Of a DNA stretch of 59,538 bases, positions 32,691-41,907 are shown piece after piece. Under the pieces are notes generated by a model. It had not been told where the DNA came from. It did not search any database and saw nothing but the letters and a program-made list of their open reading frames with translations. A program made the translations under genes and the position numbers. Location: positions 1-59,538 of the IMG/VR virus record IMGVR_UViG_3300021964_000070; one strand, written 5' to 3'. The DNA comes from a virus (Duplodnaviria; Caudoviricetes). Numbering within the stretch: position 1 is the stretch's first letter; every line of letters starts with the position of its first letter.

Positions 32691-35600
32691 TCAACCCATA
32701 AGGCTTCCAATGCCCTGTTGACGGATCATGCTAGAAGCTATGTCGTTAGGGAACATAGCGGCGTAACCCGCCCGGTTCACCGGACCAGTTTGAGGCGCGG
32801 GAGGCGCGGGCCGCGGTGCGGGAGGAGGGGATACCGACGCAAGAGCGGTTGTGGGAGGAGGTGCCGCTGGTTGCGCCGGAATTAGTTGTGACGTTTGCTG
32901 TGGCTGTTCTGGCGGTAGCTCTGTTTCGAGTATCTCGTCCCCAGTTTCGCGGAGCATGAATGGAACGGCGCGTCTAACTGGACGGAAGCCTAAGTCAATT
33001 AAAGTGTCACCAATTACTTTGCCGATCTGTAGCCTTTCGCGCTCAGACCGCGGCTTACGCATCATCTTAGCCAAAAGCTCTGGGTTTTTCATTAGCTCAG
33101 ACATAACATCCATCTTCATGGATTCTGGTACATCTTCGAAGATTTGACGCATCATACGCGAACCTGCGGAACGAGCAATTAGAGACTGTGTGTCCCCCGT
33201 TACGCCAGCTATCTTGCCACCAAGCGCAGAACCGGTGATACGTAAGTAAAAGTCAAGCATAGGCCCAGCATCTTTTGCAATCTCAGCAAGGCTACCGTCT
33301 ACATCTGCCACCTCAATCCGGACCATCTCGGTTAAGACTTTTTTGATCTGGTTGATTTCAGTTTCCGTTGCTAGGTTTTTACCCAGCATATAATCTGCCA
33401 GCGACATACGTGTATTTACGTTTTTCATCTGGCTAAACAGTTCATCATACATAGCACGGGGGCTAAAGCTACGGCCAGTTCCGCCAGCCGCGGTCATAGC
33501 AGACTCAAGTAGCGTAGCCTTGAACCCGTCTCTAGCACTTTGACGCATACCCTCTGGGGCGTTTTCTGTAAGCTTTAAAATATTGTTTAGAGATTTCAAC
33601 GGAACCTTGCCGTTAATAGCCTGCCTCACAACCAAAGTGGGGTTATCGACATTGTTTGGCAGCAAATTCTGGAAGTTAACTTCATCCTTCAACTGAGTTG
33701 CGCGGCGTTTATTATCTAACCGGGTATCACTCAGTAAAACTTGGGCAGTAGAGGCGTTCTCAAGGTCAGCTTTAAGCGCAGGAAAACCATCCGGCCCAAG
33801 AAGAGCTTCATTATCTTGAATCCATTTATTCAAAGCGCGGAAATCTATCTCACGGGTGATTTCACCTGTCTCTGGGTTGCGGACTTCTTTAAAAGAGGCG
33901 GCTCTGGCATTGCGTAACAAGCTTTCAATCGTGCCATTGATTGTTTTAGCGGTTTGTTCTGCGCCTTCTAGACCTTGCGTTTGAGCGAAGTCAATTACGC
34001 CCTGAAGTTGCTGTATTCTGAGCGCGGTTGGCTCACTGCCGCCTTGAAATAATCGTTGCGCTAACAATTCTGGCGCTAACCTTTCCGCTCCAGTCTTCGT
34101 GGTAGACAGAATATCCCCAGCAAAAGCACGGGTAAAGGTGTCATTAAGTGACCGGGAGTATGCACGAGCTATGTCGTAAGCTACGTCATCCCCTTGCCGG
34201 ATGCTTTCTAGATCGTTAAGCAGGGAGTCCGCAAAAGAGAACGCGATACGGGCGGCATTCGTATTGCCTTGCGCCTGCATTTGGCGGCCAAGATTTAAAG
34301 CCACAGAACGCATATCCTGTATCTCTGACATCATAATTCCACCGGTTGCGGGGGTTTCGGCCGTCGCCGCGGCGGGCTTTTGAATTGGGTTTTCTAAATC
34401 GTCCGCTCTGGCTCTAAGTAAAGCAGCCTCCTGCCGCACCTGCTCCGCCATATCCGCAAACTGCTGGCCGCTGGCCGGGTCTTGGCGATAAATTGCTTCG
34501 TTTTGAACAGCAACCTGATCATTAGTATCTGCCATTTTACGCAAGGCGTCTGGGTCCATCATGTCCTGTTCTGGAAGAACTTGACGGCCCTCAGTAGAAC
34601 GTGTCTTGGCGTCTCTAGCTAACCGTTGATTAAAGGAATCTAAAGCGCTCTGATTTATATTTGGAATAAGCTCATCTACCCGGCTAACCGCTTCGGGAGC
34701 AGCTTTCGGGCCAACTGGTATAATTTCTGCTTGCGCGTCTAGTAGGTTTGCATAGTCCTTACTGCGCTTACTAGAAAACTTACCCCGGTTTCTGGACGCT
34801 TCTTCCCTCAACCGCTTTATCTGCTGATCAGCGGGCAAATCTGACATTTGAGACATTAAGTTACTAAACTTGTCCTCAAAAGCTGTCCCGGTGATTTTAG
34901 AAAAAGCCGTATCTACTTTCCGCCTAGCTGGAGAAGTGGTAGCTGTGGAGGGGGCGGCAGTAGCCGTCATCCCTAATTCAGTCAGCTTGCGGTCAACGAA
35001 AGAAGCTAGGGGCCGCAAATCGTTGTTTATGATTGCCGCTGCTTCTGGCGTTTTTGGCATAATAGATTGCCAAGTTGTTATAAAGTTAGGAGCGTCCAGA
35101 GCGTTTCCTTCTGCATCTACAAACTCTGTTATCTCCCTGTCCGGAATATCCTTCCAGAGCTTGCGTTCTTGTCTACGGGCAAGCTCAAGTTGGTTTTGAA
35201 CTGTATCGTATAACCTTTGAGACAACAATGCGTTCTTCTCCGGGGCTTCGCCTTGCACCCGGCTAAACGCAGAAAGCACGTTGTCGGTGGCCTGCTGTAA
35301 TCTAGCTGTTTGACCAGCAACAAAAGCGTCTTGGGCCAGCCCTGCCGCCAGTTTAATAGCTTCTGGATTGCCGGAACCTTCCGGGCCGCGAGATGTCATT
35401 ATGATACTTGAGATTACGTTACGCAGAGCGTCGGCCGCTCTTTTGTTCTGTAGCTTTCGCTCACGGCCTAATCCGGGGCTACTTGTAGAAAGCGCCATTT
35501 CAATAGCCATCAACGCGGGGCTTTCTGATTTCATACCCGCAGTTAGCTTAATGGGCTGACCAGCTTCATCAAAAAGCTCTTTAGTTAAATCTTCTGAAGC

Positions 35601-36851
35601 CAAGCGCTCTATAATTGTATCAACATCTTCCCCTTGCGATTCGAGAATATCCATAATCCGCTGTACGCCTGCGGCCTGTCGAGATGTTTTTAATACGCTT
35701 AAACCTTCTTTTAGGCCGCCGCTTTTAAACTTAGACAGGGCCTCTCCCAAAACGCTTTTAATAACAGGCGCTTTTTCTATTAGCGTAGAGCCTACTATGC
35801 CGGGAGCAAAACCAAAACCAACTTCCATTGCAAGACGTGTTCCGCCCTGACCCGGATAAGCGGTTTCAGCCGTATAAGCCCCAGCCGCGGACCCCGCCCC
35901 TGCAAGAAGTTCTGTAGCACCAGTAGGAATTGGGTACTTACGAGCGGTTTCGCCAGTACGGCCCAAAAGGCGCTCTATGGCAGAAATAAACCGCGTAGAA
36001 CCCGGAGTGGTGCCTTTCTGTGCGCCAGCCGGGGCTTTTAGGTATGGGACAAAAACGCCGTCCTGCATACGCACCCCGTATTTAGATGGTCCCAAACCAC
36101 CTATAGCCTGTTTTACACCGGGAGTTGCCAGCGCTTCCGCTGTAAGCGGACCCGGCTGTTTAGCTAGGTTCATTACATTGTCTAGGTATTGTGTGGCCCC
36201 AAAAGAAACAGTTTTTGGGATTACATACGGTAACGGCAACCAGCCCACCGCGCCACCGGCGGTTTTACCGGCTTCATAAGCGGCTCTTGTTCCCGGAGTT
36301 ACCGCCTTTTCTTTTCCTAAGAATAAGTCAGTCGCCGCTTCCCCTGCCTCATAACCAGTAAGCGCCCCGATTACACCGGTTACCAGAGGCGTCCCAAATT
36401 TCAGCGCTATCGTAGGAGGGGTTACGGGGGGAACACCTGACACGGCAGCGGCACCAAGTTTTGCACCGGCATAAAAACCGGCCAAGCTAGAAGCAGAAGG
36501 ACCAACTTCACGCTTCAGTCCACCAAAAAACGTGCCCTCTTCAAAAGGCAGACCTTCCTCGTCCCGCGCAAAGATGTTAATTAGCTCAACATCCGACATA
36601 GGCTGTTCGTATTTAAGGCCCTGACCAGCCAACGCCTTATAGAGCGGGTGCTCCATGAAGGTGTCCGGGTTTTTTAGCGCACTATAACCCCCGGATAAAA
36701 TATTAGGCTCCGCAGTAGCGAACTCATCAACAAGCGTTTTTGCCAGAAAAGCGTCAGGCCCTTCTGGAGCATCATTAAAAGCCTCGTAAAAGTCATCTAT
36801 CTGACTTTTGGTCAACCTAACCGGCTCAGATTTAATAATTGGCTCTGCCAT
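32691..36851 (-). CDS. Large internal virion/DNA ejection protein
   Basis: 1386 aa; Ala-rich helical; N-terminal Gly-rich hydrophobic segments; C-terminal AAMFPND...GIGSL. Confidence 0.7.
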   Translation of the reverse strand: MAEPIIKSEPVRLTKSQIDDFYEAFNDAPEGPDAFLAKTLVDEFATAEPNILSGGYSALKNPDTFMEHPLYKALAGQGLKYEQPMSDVELINIFARDEEGLPFEEGTFFGGLKREVGPSASSLAGFYAGAKLGAAAVSGVPPVTPPTIALKFGTPLVTGVIGALTGYEAGEAATDLFLGKEKAVTPGTRAAYEAGKTAGGAVGWLPLPYVIPKTVSFGATQYLDNVMNLAKQPGPLTAEALATPGVKQAIGGLGPSKYGVRMQDGVFVPYLKAPAGAQKGTTPGSTRFISAIERLLGRTGETARKYPIPTGATELLAGAGSAAGAYTAETAYPGQGGTRLAMEVGFGFAPGIVGSTLIEKAPVIKSVLGEALSKFKSGGLKEGLSVLKTSRQAAGVQRIMDILESQGEDVDTIIERLASEDLTKELFDEAGQPIKLTAGMKSESPALMAIEMALSTSSPGLGRERKLQNKRAADALRNVISSIIMTSRGPEGSGNPEAIKLAAGLAQDAFVAGQTARLQQATDNVLSAFSRVQGEAPEKNALLSQRLYDTVQNQLELARRQERKLWKDIPDREITEFVDAEGNALDAPNFITTWQSIMPKTPEAAAIINNDLRPLASFVDRKLTELGMTATAAPSTATTSPARRKVDTAFSKITGTAFEDKFSNLMSQMSDLPADQQIKRLREEASRNRGKFSSKRSKDYANLLDAQAEIIPVGPKAAPEAVSRVDELIPNINQSALDSFNQRLARDAKTRSTEGRQVLPEQDMMDPDALRKMADTNDQVAVQNEAIYRQDPASGQQFADMAEQVRQEAALLRARADDLENPIQKPAAATAETPATGGIMMSEIQDMRSVALNLGRQMQAQGNTNAARIAFSFADSLLNDLESIRQGDDVAYDIARAYSRSLNDTFTRAFAGDILSTTKTGAERLAPELLAQRLFQGGSEPTALRIQQLQGVIDFAQTQGLEGAEQTAKTINGTIESLLRNARAASFKEVRNPETGEITREIDFRALNKWIQDNEALLGPDGFPALKADLENASTAQVLLSDTRLDNKRRATQLKDEVNFQNLLPNNVDNPTLVVRQAINGKVPLKSLNNILKLTENAPEGMRQSARDGFKATLLESAMTAAGGTGRSFSPRAMYDELFSQMKNVNTRMSLADYMLGKNLATETEINQIKKVLTEMVRIEVADVDGSLAEIAKDAGPMLDFYLRITGSALGGKIAGVTGDTQSLIARSAGSRMMRQIFEDVPESMKMDVMSELMKNPELLAKMMRKPRSERERLQIGKVIGDTLIDLGFRPVRRAVPFMLRETGDEILETELPPEQPQQTSQLIPAQPAAPPPTTALASVSPPPAPRPAPPAPQTGPVNRAGYAAMFPNDIASSMIRQQGIGSLMG

Positions 36852-36854
36852 GCG

Positions 36855-39203
36855 TTATTTCCCAAATATCATCTTACGAGCCGCGGAGGTATTGTCGCTA
36901 TCAAACCCCTGCTGTTTTGCATTGTAAGCGTTTAAGAAAACGCCATAACCGTCTTTTAGCTGGTTCATCTGCATGATATACGTTTTGGCGTCTTTATACT
37001 CTTTACTATCTAAGGGAAGCGAATCCAGCTTATTCTGCAATACGGCGGTCGCATTATCAATCATGCCAACAATTTTATTGATTTTATCCGCGGAAGCTTC
37101 TGGCCCTGTGAAAAGCGCTGTCGGCGACGGGGTAAGCTCTTGAAGAAGTTTAGCTTGGAAAACGCTCTCCCGAAGTTCTGCTGACTTTTGAAAAACCTGC
37201 AAGAAGTTCTGGTTTAAAGTTTTTGCCGCATTGATCGCTGACTTTTCCGGTTTATACGGTGCAGAAGCCGTCACAAATTCAAACAAATTATTTATTAGGT
37301 TTTTACCGGCAGCTATTGAACCAAAAGCCGTCATAGGTTCAGTAAGCCCTTTAGTTACCTGATTTTCAAAGCTTGCTTGTGCAGGAGACTGAGCTACAGT
37401 CTCGTCCGATTTCCTACCTTCAAACTTGATGTTAGGGATGGTAAGACCATTATCTTGACGCATCTGAATAGAGCTTAGTAGTTCGTTAGATAGCGGGTTG
37501 CCCGGTACAATAACAAAATCTTTCTTCTCTTCGCTCCACGCAGTCTTAGGCGCGTTGTAGTAAGCAATGGCTTGGTTCATTTCTAGAGTTTCATCCTTGT
37601 CCAAGGTGCCCGCAGCATACTTAGCTAGCCGCTCTGTATCAGAAAGGAGGGTCGTGATCCGCGCATTGGTGTTCGAGCCCAGCCGTGTAAGTCTCGCCGC
37701 CGCCTCTTCAAGAGCCAGTTTGCTGTTCTTGTAGCCTTTTTCAAACTCATTCATGTCGGCTTCCATAGCCAGAGCCTGTTCTTGCAGATCAATCTTGCGC
37801 TGACCTTGTGCTCGATCAACCTCGGCCTTAATTGTATCGAGTTTGAGGCGGCGCTCATCTAGCTCTCTATCCAGACCGGACAGCTTTTCTTTCAGAGCGT
37901 TGTTTGTGTTGTTAAGCTCTGTTGCCTGCTCATGGGCCTTGTCCATCTTGGCAAGGTCATACTCGTTAGCTACGCCCATCTTACCCAAGTCAATGTTCGC
38001 TTGGATTTCCATGTTTTCTTTCTTGAGCTTGTCGGCCAAGACAATATCCGCGGTGCTACCAGACTGCTCAAGCTTCTCAATAGCTACCCGATTTTCTTGC
38101 TGGACACCTTCCAAAGCTACCCGACCGGCCTGCTTCTGAGTTTCCAGATCAGAGGCCCCTTGTTGTTTTAAGGTTTCTATAGCCCTCTGACGCGCAGTGT
38201 CTAGTTTAGACCCTAGTTCAAGTTTAGCTAAATCTTGAGCCCCAATTAGCTCTTGTTTTTTCAATTCTGATGCGGCTTTCGCTTCCGCCGCCAAACCAGT
38301 TTCTGCGGCACCAAGAGCAGACAGCTTGAGCTGCTGCCGCTGTGCTTTAGCCGCGGCCTCTTTATCTAGCTGTGCTTGTGCACGAGCACCAATAGTCTGG
38401 GGAAGTTGCGTGGTCCGTGCGGCGTAGGCCAAGCGCTCTGCTGGGCTCATGCCACGGCGCTCTCCTTCCATTGGCGCAGCAAACGTCAACGCGGTGTTGG
38501 CGATATCAAACAGCATTTGCGCTTGAGTTAGGTTTTTCTGCTTTTCAAGATCAGCGGTAGGGTCGCCAAGGATGCTGGTATAAAGACCCTCTCTCTGCTT
38601 ATATAGCTCACCTAGACGGCCAGCTTGAGCAAACGGGTCCCCACCTTCCTGCATCATTTTGACTGGCTGGTTGTCTCCGCGGCGGACCAGCCCGCCCTTG
38701 TTAAAATTTACAGGGGGCGGCCCCTCCATAGGCATGGGCGCAGGTTCTGGTTGTGGTATGGTAGACATAATGCCCCCGGCCATATCCCCTTCAACGGGCT
38801 CGGCCATTTCGGCTTGAGCCAGCTCACCAATACCTTGATCAACGGCGTTCAGCATCATAACAGGCTGAATTAAGGCCAGAACGGACTCAGGTGTTTGGGC
38901 CGCGTCCTCTGGGCCAACTACCGCGGCTAACTCATCATAACGGGCTTCTATAGAGGCTTCATCTCCACGAATGGAGTTCATCATACCCTCAAAGTCTTCC
39001 GCAGAGTCGATGGTCTGTAATCCTTCACTCGCGGTGGCTAGCATCTGCTGAACCACATCAGGGTTAGCCACTTGACCAGCTTGTTCCAAAGCAGAATCCA
39101 CCATAGGGGCTTGCGCCGCACCAGCGGCGGCTATTGCCGGAGCGGCTTGGGCAACTCCACCATTGGCAAACATCTGCCGTTGTAAGACGTTTCTATTCAT
39201 CAT
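36855..39203 (-). CDS. Internal virion/ejection protein, long coiled coil
   Basis: 782 aa; three [FM]xxGG motifs; coiled-coil repeats. Confidence 0.7.
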   Translation of the reverse strand: MMNRNVLQRQMFANGGVAQAAPAIAAAGAAQAPMVDSALEQAGQVANPDVVQQMLATASEGLQTIDSAEDFEGMMNSIRGDEASIEARYDELAAVVGPEDAAQTPESVLALIQPVMMLNAVDQGIGELAQAEMAEPVEGDMAGGIMSTIPQPEPAPMPMEGPPPVNFNKGGLVRRGDNQPVKMMQEGGDPFAQAGRLGELYKQREGLYTSILGDPTADLEKQKNLTQAQMLFDIANTALTFAAPMEGERRGMSPAERLAYAARTTQLPQTIGARAQAQLDKEAAAKAQRQQLKLSALGAAETGLAAEAKAASELKKQELIGAQDLAKLELGSKLDTARQRAIETLKQQGASDLETQKQAGRVALEGVQQENRVAIEKLEQSGSTADIVLADKLKKENMEIQANIDLGKMGVANEYDLAKMDKAHEQATELNNTNNALKEKLSGLDRELDERRLKLDTIKAEVDRAQGQRKIDLQEQALAMEADMNEFEKGYKNSKLALEEAAARLTRLGSNTNARITTLLSDTERLAKYAAGTLDKDETLEMNQAIAYYNAPKTAWSEEKKDFVIVPGNPLSNELLSSIQMRQDNGLTIPNIKFEGRKSDETVAQSPAQASFENQVTKGLTEPMTAFGSIAAGKNLINNLFEFVTASAPYKPEKSAINAAKTLNQNFLQVFQKSAELRESVFQAKLLQELTPSPTALFTGPEASADKINKIVGMIDNATAVLQNKLDSLPLDSKEYKDAKTYIMQMNQLKDGYGVFLNAYNAKQQGFDSDNTSAARKMIFGK

Positions 39204-39982
39204 CCGAATAACCCCGCTTTCTGTGCGCCTGCCGCCGCGGACAAGCCTGATATACCTAAACCTAGAAATTGTTGAGCTGGCGAAACATTAGGAGAAGTCG
39301 AGGAAGCAATTGTTTGCTGTGAAGACGGTATCCCCTTATAAATGTCTGACAAGAAGCTGTAGCGCTGATAGGGCTCATACAATTGAGCCAAGTCGCTCTG
39401 GCGTTTTGCCTCAAGCTCGGCCTGCTGTTGTGACTGCTGGCGCTGTCCCATGTCAAATATATAGGACGCTTCTTTTTGTCCCAGACCTTGCCCCAATTCT
39501 GCCATAGTACCATACGAGGCGGCAGCTTTGCGTTGAGCGTCTTGAGCCTGTAAATATGCCTGCGCTTCCGCCTGTGCCAATGCCTGCGCCCTGTTTCTAC
39601 CGATTTCTGCGCGTTGTATTGCGTCCCGGCCACCGCCAAAAGCGCCCGCGCCAACCGCGCTAGCGCCTGCACCGGGGGTCTGCATATCAAAAGAACGGTT
39701 TATTTCATCACGAACAGCTTGCTGATAAGGGTTCATGTATTGACCAATGTTAGATGGGTCTAAAGCGGCACCGGCCTTCTGCAAGTAGGGCAAATATGAC
39801 CCCAACCCCTGCCCAGCATAATCCAAAGCGGCCTTCTGTAGCCCAGACATTTCCGCTATCTGCTGAATTGGCAGAGTTATATCTTGGGCAATTAAGTCTT
39901 TAGCGTCGGCTAATAGTCCTAGTCGATAGGCTTCTACCGCGGGATCTTCGCGGATAATTTGAATTTCGGTATTGGTAGCCAT
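39200..39982 (-). CDS. Internal virion/DNA pilot protein
   Basis: YMNPYQ, AVGAGAFGGGR, Gln/Ala-rich, hydrophobic Gly-rich C-terminus. Confidence 0.7.
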   Translation of the reverse strand: MATNTEIQIIREDPAVEAYRLGLLADAKDLIAQDITLPIQQIAEMSGLQKAALDYAGQGLGSYLPYLQKAGAALDPSNIGQYMNPYQQAVRDEINRSFDMQTPGAGASAVGAGAFGGGRDAIQRAEIGRNRAQALAQAEAQAYLQAQDAQRKAAASYGTMAELGQGLGQKEASYIFDMGQRQQSQQQAELEAKRQSDLAQLYEPYQRYSFLSDIYKGIPSSQQTIASSTSPNVSPAQQFLGLGISGLSAAAGAQKAGLFG

Positions 39983-41616
39983 TATGCCATCGCCTTTCCA
40001 CGAGCTTCAAGACCGCGCATCATGTCGTACATACGATTTATGCCGACTTGATTATTACCGTTGCCTAAACCCCGTACAGCATCCGTGGTCATCACAAACT
40101 CACCCGGCATTAACATGGCGCGAACGCTGTCTTTTCCCGGAAGGCCCTCATTAGGCATGATGCCACCTACCCGACGTGGGAAGACGCTACCACCATCAGC
40201 GTATAACGGAATAGGAATAACTCTGTTATACCCATATTGGGTGTCTACCACGTAGTCGCCTTGCGAACCGCGGATCACGGGGCCGCTAGTGCTCCCGCTT
40301 GGACGATAGAACTCCTCATTCTCACGGAACACGTCCATGCCGCTTGGCCCAGCTATTTCATCAATGTCTGGCTGGTCGTCGGGTTCAGGCTTGTCAAAGA
40401 AGCCGCCTGCTAGAGCCGCCCCGCCTGCTAACGCGGCGCCCGGAGCAAAGGTACGCATAAAGCCGGGGGCAGAGCTTTCTGCAAGAGCAGTAGCATCAGC
40501 TACCGACATTCCGGGGTTAGCCTCGAAAATTTCAGAAGCACTTTGCCCACTAGGGAAGAACATATCTTTAGTGCTCTCAAGGAAGCCCTTTCCTCCGGGG
40601 GTTACTGCATCTTTTGCGCTCTCAAAGAAGCCGGGGGCTTCTCTAAACACCGGTCTGCGTGAGCCTCCTGCGCTATCCCCTAAGAAGCGCCCTGCCTCTG
40701 ACCCTGTTTCTACCGGGGCACCTGTTTGCAAAGTGGTGCTGGCGTCGGTCATAGTCCCCTGATCCAGACCCGCATACTTGCCGGTTGGGTCTAAGGTATC
40801 TACAGGGGCAACATCTGCGGTAGTTACCGTATCCGGCTGGAACCCACCAGTGATGGTATCAAAGCCCTTGCCGCTAATTACGTCAGAAATGCCGCTACCA
40901 GTTTGAGATAACCTAGCCATTGGGTTAGCCAGCTCAGACTGGATGTTTTTCATAAAGCCGCCCTTGCCTAATCCGGAAAAGCCTTTAAACAGAGCACCTG
41001 TACCACCAGCTATCAAAGCGCTCTTAAAGGCGTCCTTCAAGCTACCGCCCTGAATAAGAGTACCAATACCTGAACCTAAAGCGGCACCATAAATTGCGCC
41101 TAGTGGGGTGAAGGCAAGAGCTATAGGAAGAATAGTCGGAGCTACCTTCTTCAGCACTTTACCCACGCTACTAACAGCTTTTTTAACGCCTTTAGCTACG
41201 CCAGATACCGCCCGTTTAATGCCCCTAAAAATCTTCTTCAAAAAGAACTCAGGCATCCCTGTTTCAGGGTTGATTGAGTTTGCCCCCGAACCAACCACAT
41301 ACCGCTCTGGGTCGTCTATGCCCAAATCACGTAGGTGATTAAAGATGGACTCTTTTAATCTAGGGTTTTGGTCTATGAGTGCTTTAGGTACAATAAGCTC
41401 ACCTGTTTCCACGTGAGCTACCGTGTCATCACCATAGCGTCCGTAAGAGGCCATGCGGCGCGCAACTGGCTCAAAGTTAGCAATACCAGAAGAACCAAAT
41501 TCCTGTTCCGCCTCTTCTCTTTCAAGGGCTTCAATCTCGTGGTCTTCCATGTAAAAGTCAGCAATTCCTCCGGAGGGGATGCTGAACTCTTCCTTTTTTG
41601 CGGCGGCTGTAGACAT
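39982..41616 (-). CDS. Internal virion protein with amphipathic cationic helix and two GD-AxL-GEFV-like domains
   Basis: GRYGDDTVAHVETGE...NPETGMPEFFLKKIF...; Gly-zipper; DSVRAMLMPGEFVMT. Confidence 0.7.
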   Translation of the reverse strand: MSTAAAKKEEFSIPSGGIADFYMEDHEIEALEREEAEQEFGSSGIANFEPVARRMASYGRYGDDTVAHVETGELIVPKALIDQNPRLKESIFNHLRDLGIDDPERYVVGSGANSINPETGMPEFFLKKIFRGIKRAVSGVAKGVKKAVSSVGKVLKKVAPTILPIALAFTPLGAIYGAALGSGIGTLIQGGSLKDAFKSALIAGGTGALFKGFSGLGKGGFMKNIQSELANPMARLSQTGSGISDVISGKGFDTITGGFQPDTVTTADVAPVDTLDPTGKYAGLDQGTMTDASTTLQTGAPVETGSEAGRFLGDSAGGSRRPVFREAPGFFESAKDAVTPGGKGFLESTKDMFFPSGQSASEIFEANPGMSVADATALAESSAPGFMRTFAPGAALAGGAALAGGFFDKPEPDDQPDIDEIAGPSGMDVFRENEEFYRPSGSTSGPVIRGSQGDYVVDTQYGYNRVIPIPLYADGGSVFPRRVGGIMPNEGLPGKDSVRAMLMPGEFVMTTDAVRGLGNGNNQVGINRMYDMMRGLEARGKAMA

Positions 41617-41676
41617 TTTAAATACCCATCTTTTCCTTTACACTCGTAATATACAATGTTTTTTACCGTTCGTCCA

Positions 41677-41907
41677 TTAAGTCACTATCTTTACGGTGCC
41701 ATTATCATTATATAAAGAGCCCGTTTCTAAATTTGTTGGAGAGGTGGGCAAATCAGTAAGAGTTATTTTTGTACCACGCATCTCTCCGGGGTTGCGCTCC
41801 TGTTCAATGAAGACCTGTAAAGACCTAACTAAATCAGTCATATAAGACTGAGAATATTCCTGAGTGGGCTCCGGAAGTCTTGGTGGGGCTACCTGATTAC
41901 TAGACAT
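41677..41907 (-). CDS. Small tail-associated protein
   Basis: PPRLP...LPTSPTNLETGSLYNDNGTVKIV; follows the nozzle gene. Confidence 0.6.
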   Translation of the reverse strand: MSSNQVAPPRLPEPTQEYSQSYMTDLVRSLQVFIEQERNPGEMRGTKITLTDLPTSPTNLETGSLYNDNGTVKIVT

